Shown one piece after another: positions 22,921 to 24,283 of a stretch of 24,283 nt of DNA. The notes beneath the pieces are model-generated. The model did not search any database, was not told where the DNA came from, and saw nothing but the letters and a program-made list of their open reading frames with translations. Position 1 is the stretch's first letter. The number at the start of each line of letters is the position of its first letter. The stretch spans positions 58,709 to 82,991 of the forward strand of contig JBBDRK010000066.1 of assembly GCA_040905465.1 (NCBI GenBank), given 5' to 3'. The DNA comes from Trueperaceae bacterium (lineage in GTDB: Bacteria > Deinococcota > Deinococci > Deinococcales > Trueperaceae). Both the position numbers and the translations under genes were made by a program.

Positions 22921-23660
22921 GCTTCGACTGCCGAGGGACCGGAAGCGTTCACCGTCGATGAACCGAGGCGCGCAAGAAAACCCTCCAGCAGCCGGCGACC
23001 GTCGCTGCCTCCCAGGAGACCCTCGACCGCCCGCTCCGGGTGAGGCATCATCCCCAACACGTTTCCGCGCTCGTTCACCACACCGGCGATGGCGGCCACG
23101 CTGCCGTTGGGGTTGCCGCGGGCGTCAGGCGACTGGGCCGCATCATCGTCGCCGGCACCGCCGCAGTAGCGAAACGCGACCCCGCCACGCGCCTCGAGCC
23201 TGGCGAGGGTTTCCGGGTCGGCGTAGTAACTGCCTTCGGCGTGTGCGATGGGCAGCTCCAGAACCTCACCCTTACGGCACCCCGACGTGAAGATGAGATC
23301 GTCGCGCTCGACTCGCACCCTGACAGTTCGGCAGAGGAAATGCGGCCGTTCGTTACGGGCGAGGGCGCCGGGGAGAAGTGCGCTCTCGGTAAGCACCTGG
23401 AAGCCGTTGCAGATGCCCAGAACCGGCCCCCCGCGCTCGGCGAAATCACGGACTGCCGCCATCACCGGACTCTGCGCCGCCATGGCGCCGGTCCGCAGGT
23501 AATCGCCGTAGGAGAAGCCTCCCGGCAGTATCACGGCGTCGGCGCGCCCCAGGCCGGCCTCGCGGTGCCACACCATTCGCGCGTCGCCACCGAGCCGCTC
23601 GAGCGCGTAGCGTGCGTCCTCGTCACAGTTTGAGCCTGGAAATCTGATTACTGCAATCAC
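22917..23660 (-). CDS. purQ: Phosphoribosylformylglycinamidine synthase glutaminase subunit PurQ
   Basis: [30 protein letters not shown] and GMMPHPER motifs. GTG 23660 follows a GAGGT SD. Confidence 0.95.
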   Translation of the reverse strand: MIAVIRFPGSNCDEDARYALERLGGDARMVWHREAGLGRADAVILPGGFSYGDYLRTGAMAAQSPVMAAVRDFAERGGPVLGICNGFQVLTESALLPGALARNERPHFLCRTVRVRVERDDLIFTSGCRKGEVLELPIAHAEGSYYADPETLARLEARGGVAFRYCGGAGDDDAAQSPDARGNPNGSVAAIAGVVNERGNVLGMMPHPERAVEGLLGGSDGRRLLEGFLARLGSSTVNASGPSAVEA

Positions 23661-23700
23661 TTCTACCTCACCCCGGCCGCCTCCGCGACCTCGACGGATA

Positions 23701-23709
23701 AGCTTACCA
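23701..23709 (-). promoter_or_regulatory. Candidate extended -10 (TGgTAAGCT) for purQLF
   Basis: TGnTANNNT motif 40 nt upstream of the purQ start. Confidence 0.5.
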
Positions 23710-23723
23710 TCCGTCGCGGCTTG

Positions 23724-23753
23724 TTGACCGCCGCGAGAAGACCCTGATATCAT
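23724..23753 (+). promoter_or_regulatory. tRNA-Leu/secG promoter TTGACC-N18-TATCAT (with TG extension)
   Basis: Near-consensus -35 and -10 boxes 44 nt upstream of the tRNA. Confidence 0.65.
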
Positions 23754-23797
23754 GCTATGCATTTGGCTCGGGACGGCTCGAAACTGCTCCCTCGCCT

Positions 23798-23882
23798 GCC
23801 GGGATGGCGGAATCGGTAGACGCAGTAGACTCAAAATCTACCGCTGCAAGGCGTGCGGGTTCGAGTCCCGCTCCCGGCACCA
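23798..23882 (+). tRNA. tRNA-Leu(CAA)
   Basis: Acceptor stem GCCGGGA/TCCCGGC-ACCA, anticodon arm GTAGA-CTCAAAA-TCTAC, long variable arm and GGTTCGAGTCC T-arm; 85 nt with encoded CCA. Confidence 0.97.
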
Positions 23883-23950
23883 CCCCACTGTTGTTGGCGC
23901 GTCCGGTTTGCGCACGACTGATCTGCGCGAGACGCGCACGGAGGCTTTAG

Positions 23951-24181
23951 ATGTTCTGGCTCATTCTGACACTGTTCGTAATTCTGTCGCTGCTCCTCAC
24001 CGCGATAGTCCTGTTGCAGGAACCCAAGCAGTCCGGACTGGGCGAAGGGCTCGGTGGCGGCGGTGGCGGGCAGGATTTCTCGACCCGCGGCGGCACCGCC
24101 GGGGGGCTCAACCGCTTGACGATCTATGTAGGCGTCATTTGGGGCCTGCTGGCTCTGGCGCTGCAAGTAGTTCCGCGCTGA
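23951..24181 (+). CDS. secG: Preprotein translocase subunit SecG
   Basis: Two transmembrane helices, VLLQEPK..GL motif, Gly-rich loop and L.RLT; GGAGG SD. Confidence 0.92.
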   Translation: MFWLILTLFVILSLLLTAIVLLQEPKQSGLGEGLGGGGGGQDFSTRGGTAGGLNRLTIYVGVIWGLLALALQVVPR

Positions 24182-24246
24182 GCTAGGGTACGCGCGGAGC
24201 GAGTTTTCGACCGGGCATCGGCTCGGGTCGGTACCGGATGCAGCAG

Positions 24247-24283
<37 letters not shown>

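Noticed and set aside
23798..23950. tRNA-Leu as an integration site for an island
   Set aside because: No integrase and no duplicated tRNA 3' end seen; flanking genes are housekeeping.

Overview
This is high-GC bacterial chromosomal DNA that looks like Deinococcota (Thermus/Deinococcus/Truepera-like). The evidence is the Thermus-type 7Fe ferredoxin, the LysW-dependent lysine pathway, bshC and several leaderless TANNNT promoters. Left to right it holds: a ~644-aa hypothetical protein (-) and a ferredoxin (+); a ~10 kb minus-strand alpha-aminoadipate lysine cluster, hcs-lysT-lysU-lysW-lysX-lysY-[DinB-family]-[YcaQ/AlkZ-family DNA glycosylase]-lysZ-lysJ-lysK; rbfA, a thioesterase and guaB (+); an HTH/coiled-coil protein and bshC (-); a ComB-like phosphatase and a WecB/TagA glycosyltransferase (+); purQ-purL-purF (-); tRNA-Leu(CAA) and secG (+); and a terminal poly-G run that is probably an artefact. 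I found no mobile element, CRISPR array or defence island. The most notable observations are a two-gene electrophile-detox/DNA-crosslink-repair module wedged into the lysine operon with its own predicted leaderless promoter, a cysteine-free LysW, an unannotated leaderless 29-codon uORF abutting a motif-variant ComB, and a repeat/palindrome array upstream of the HTH gene. All calls come from reading the sequence; no database searches were run.
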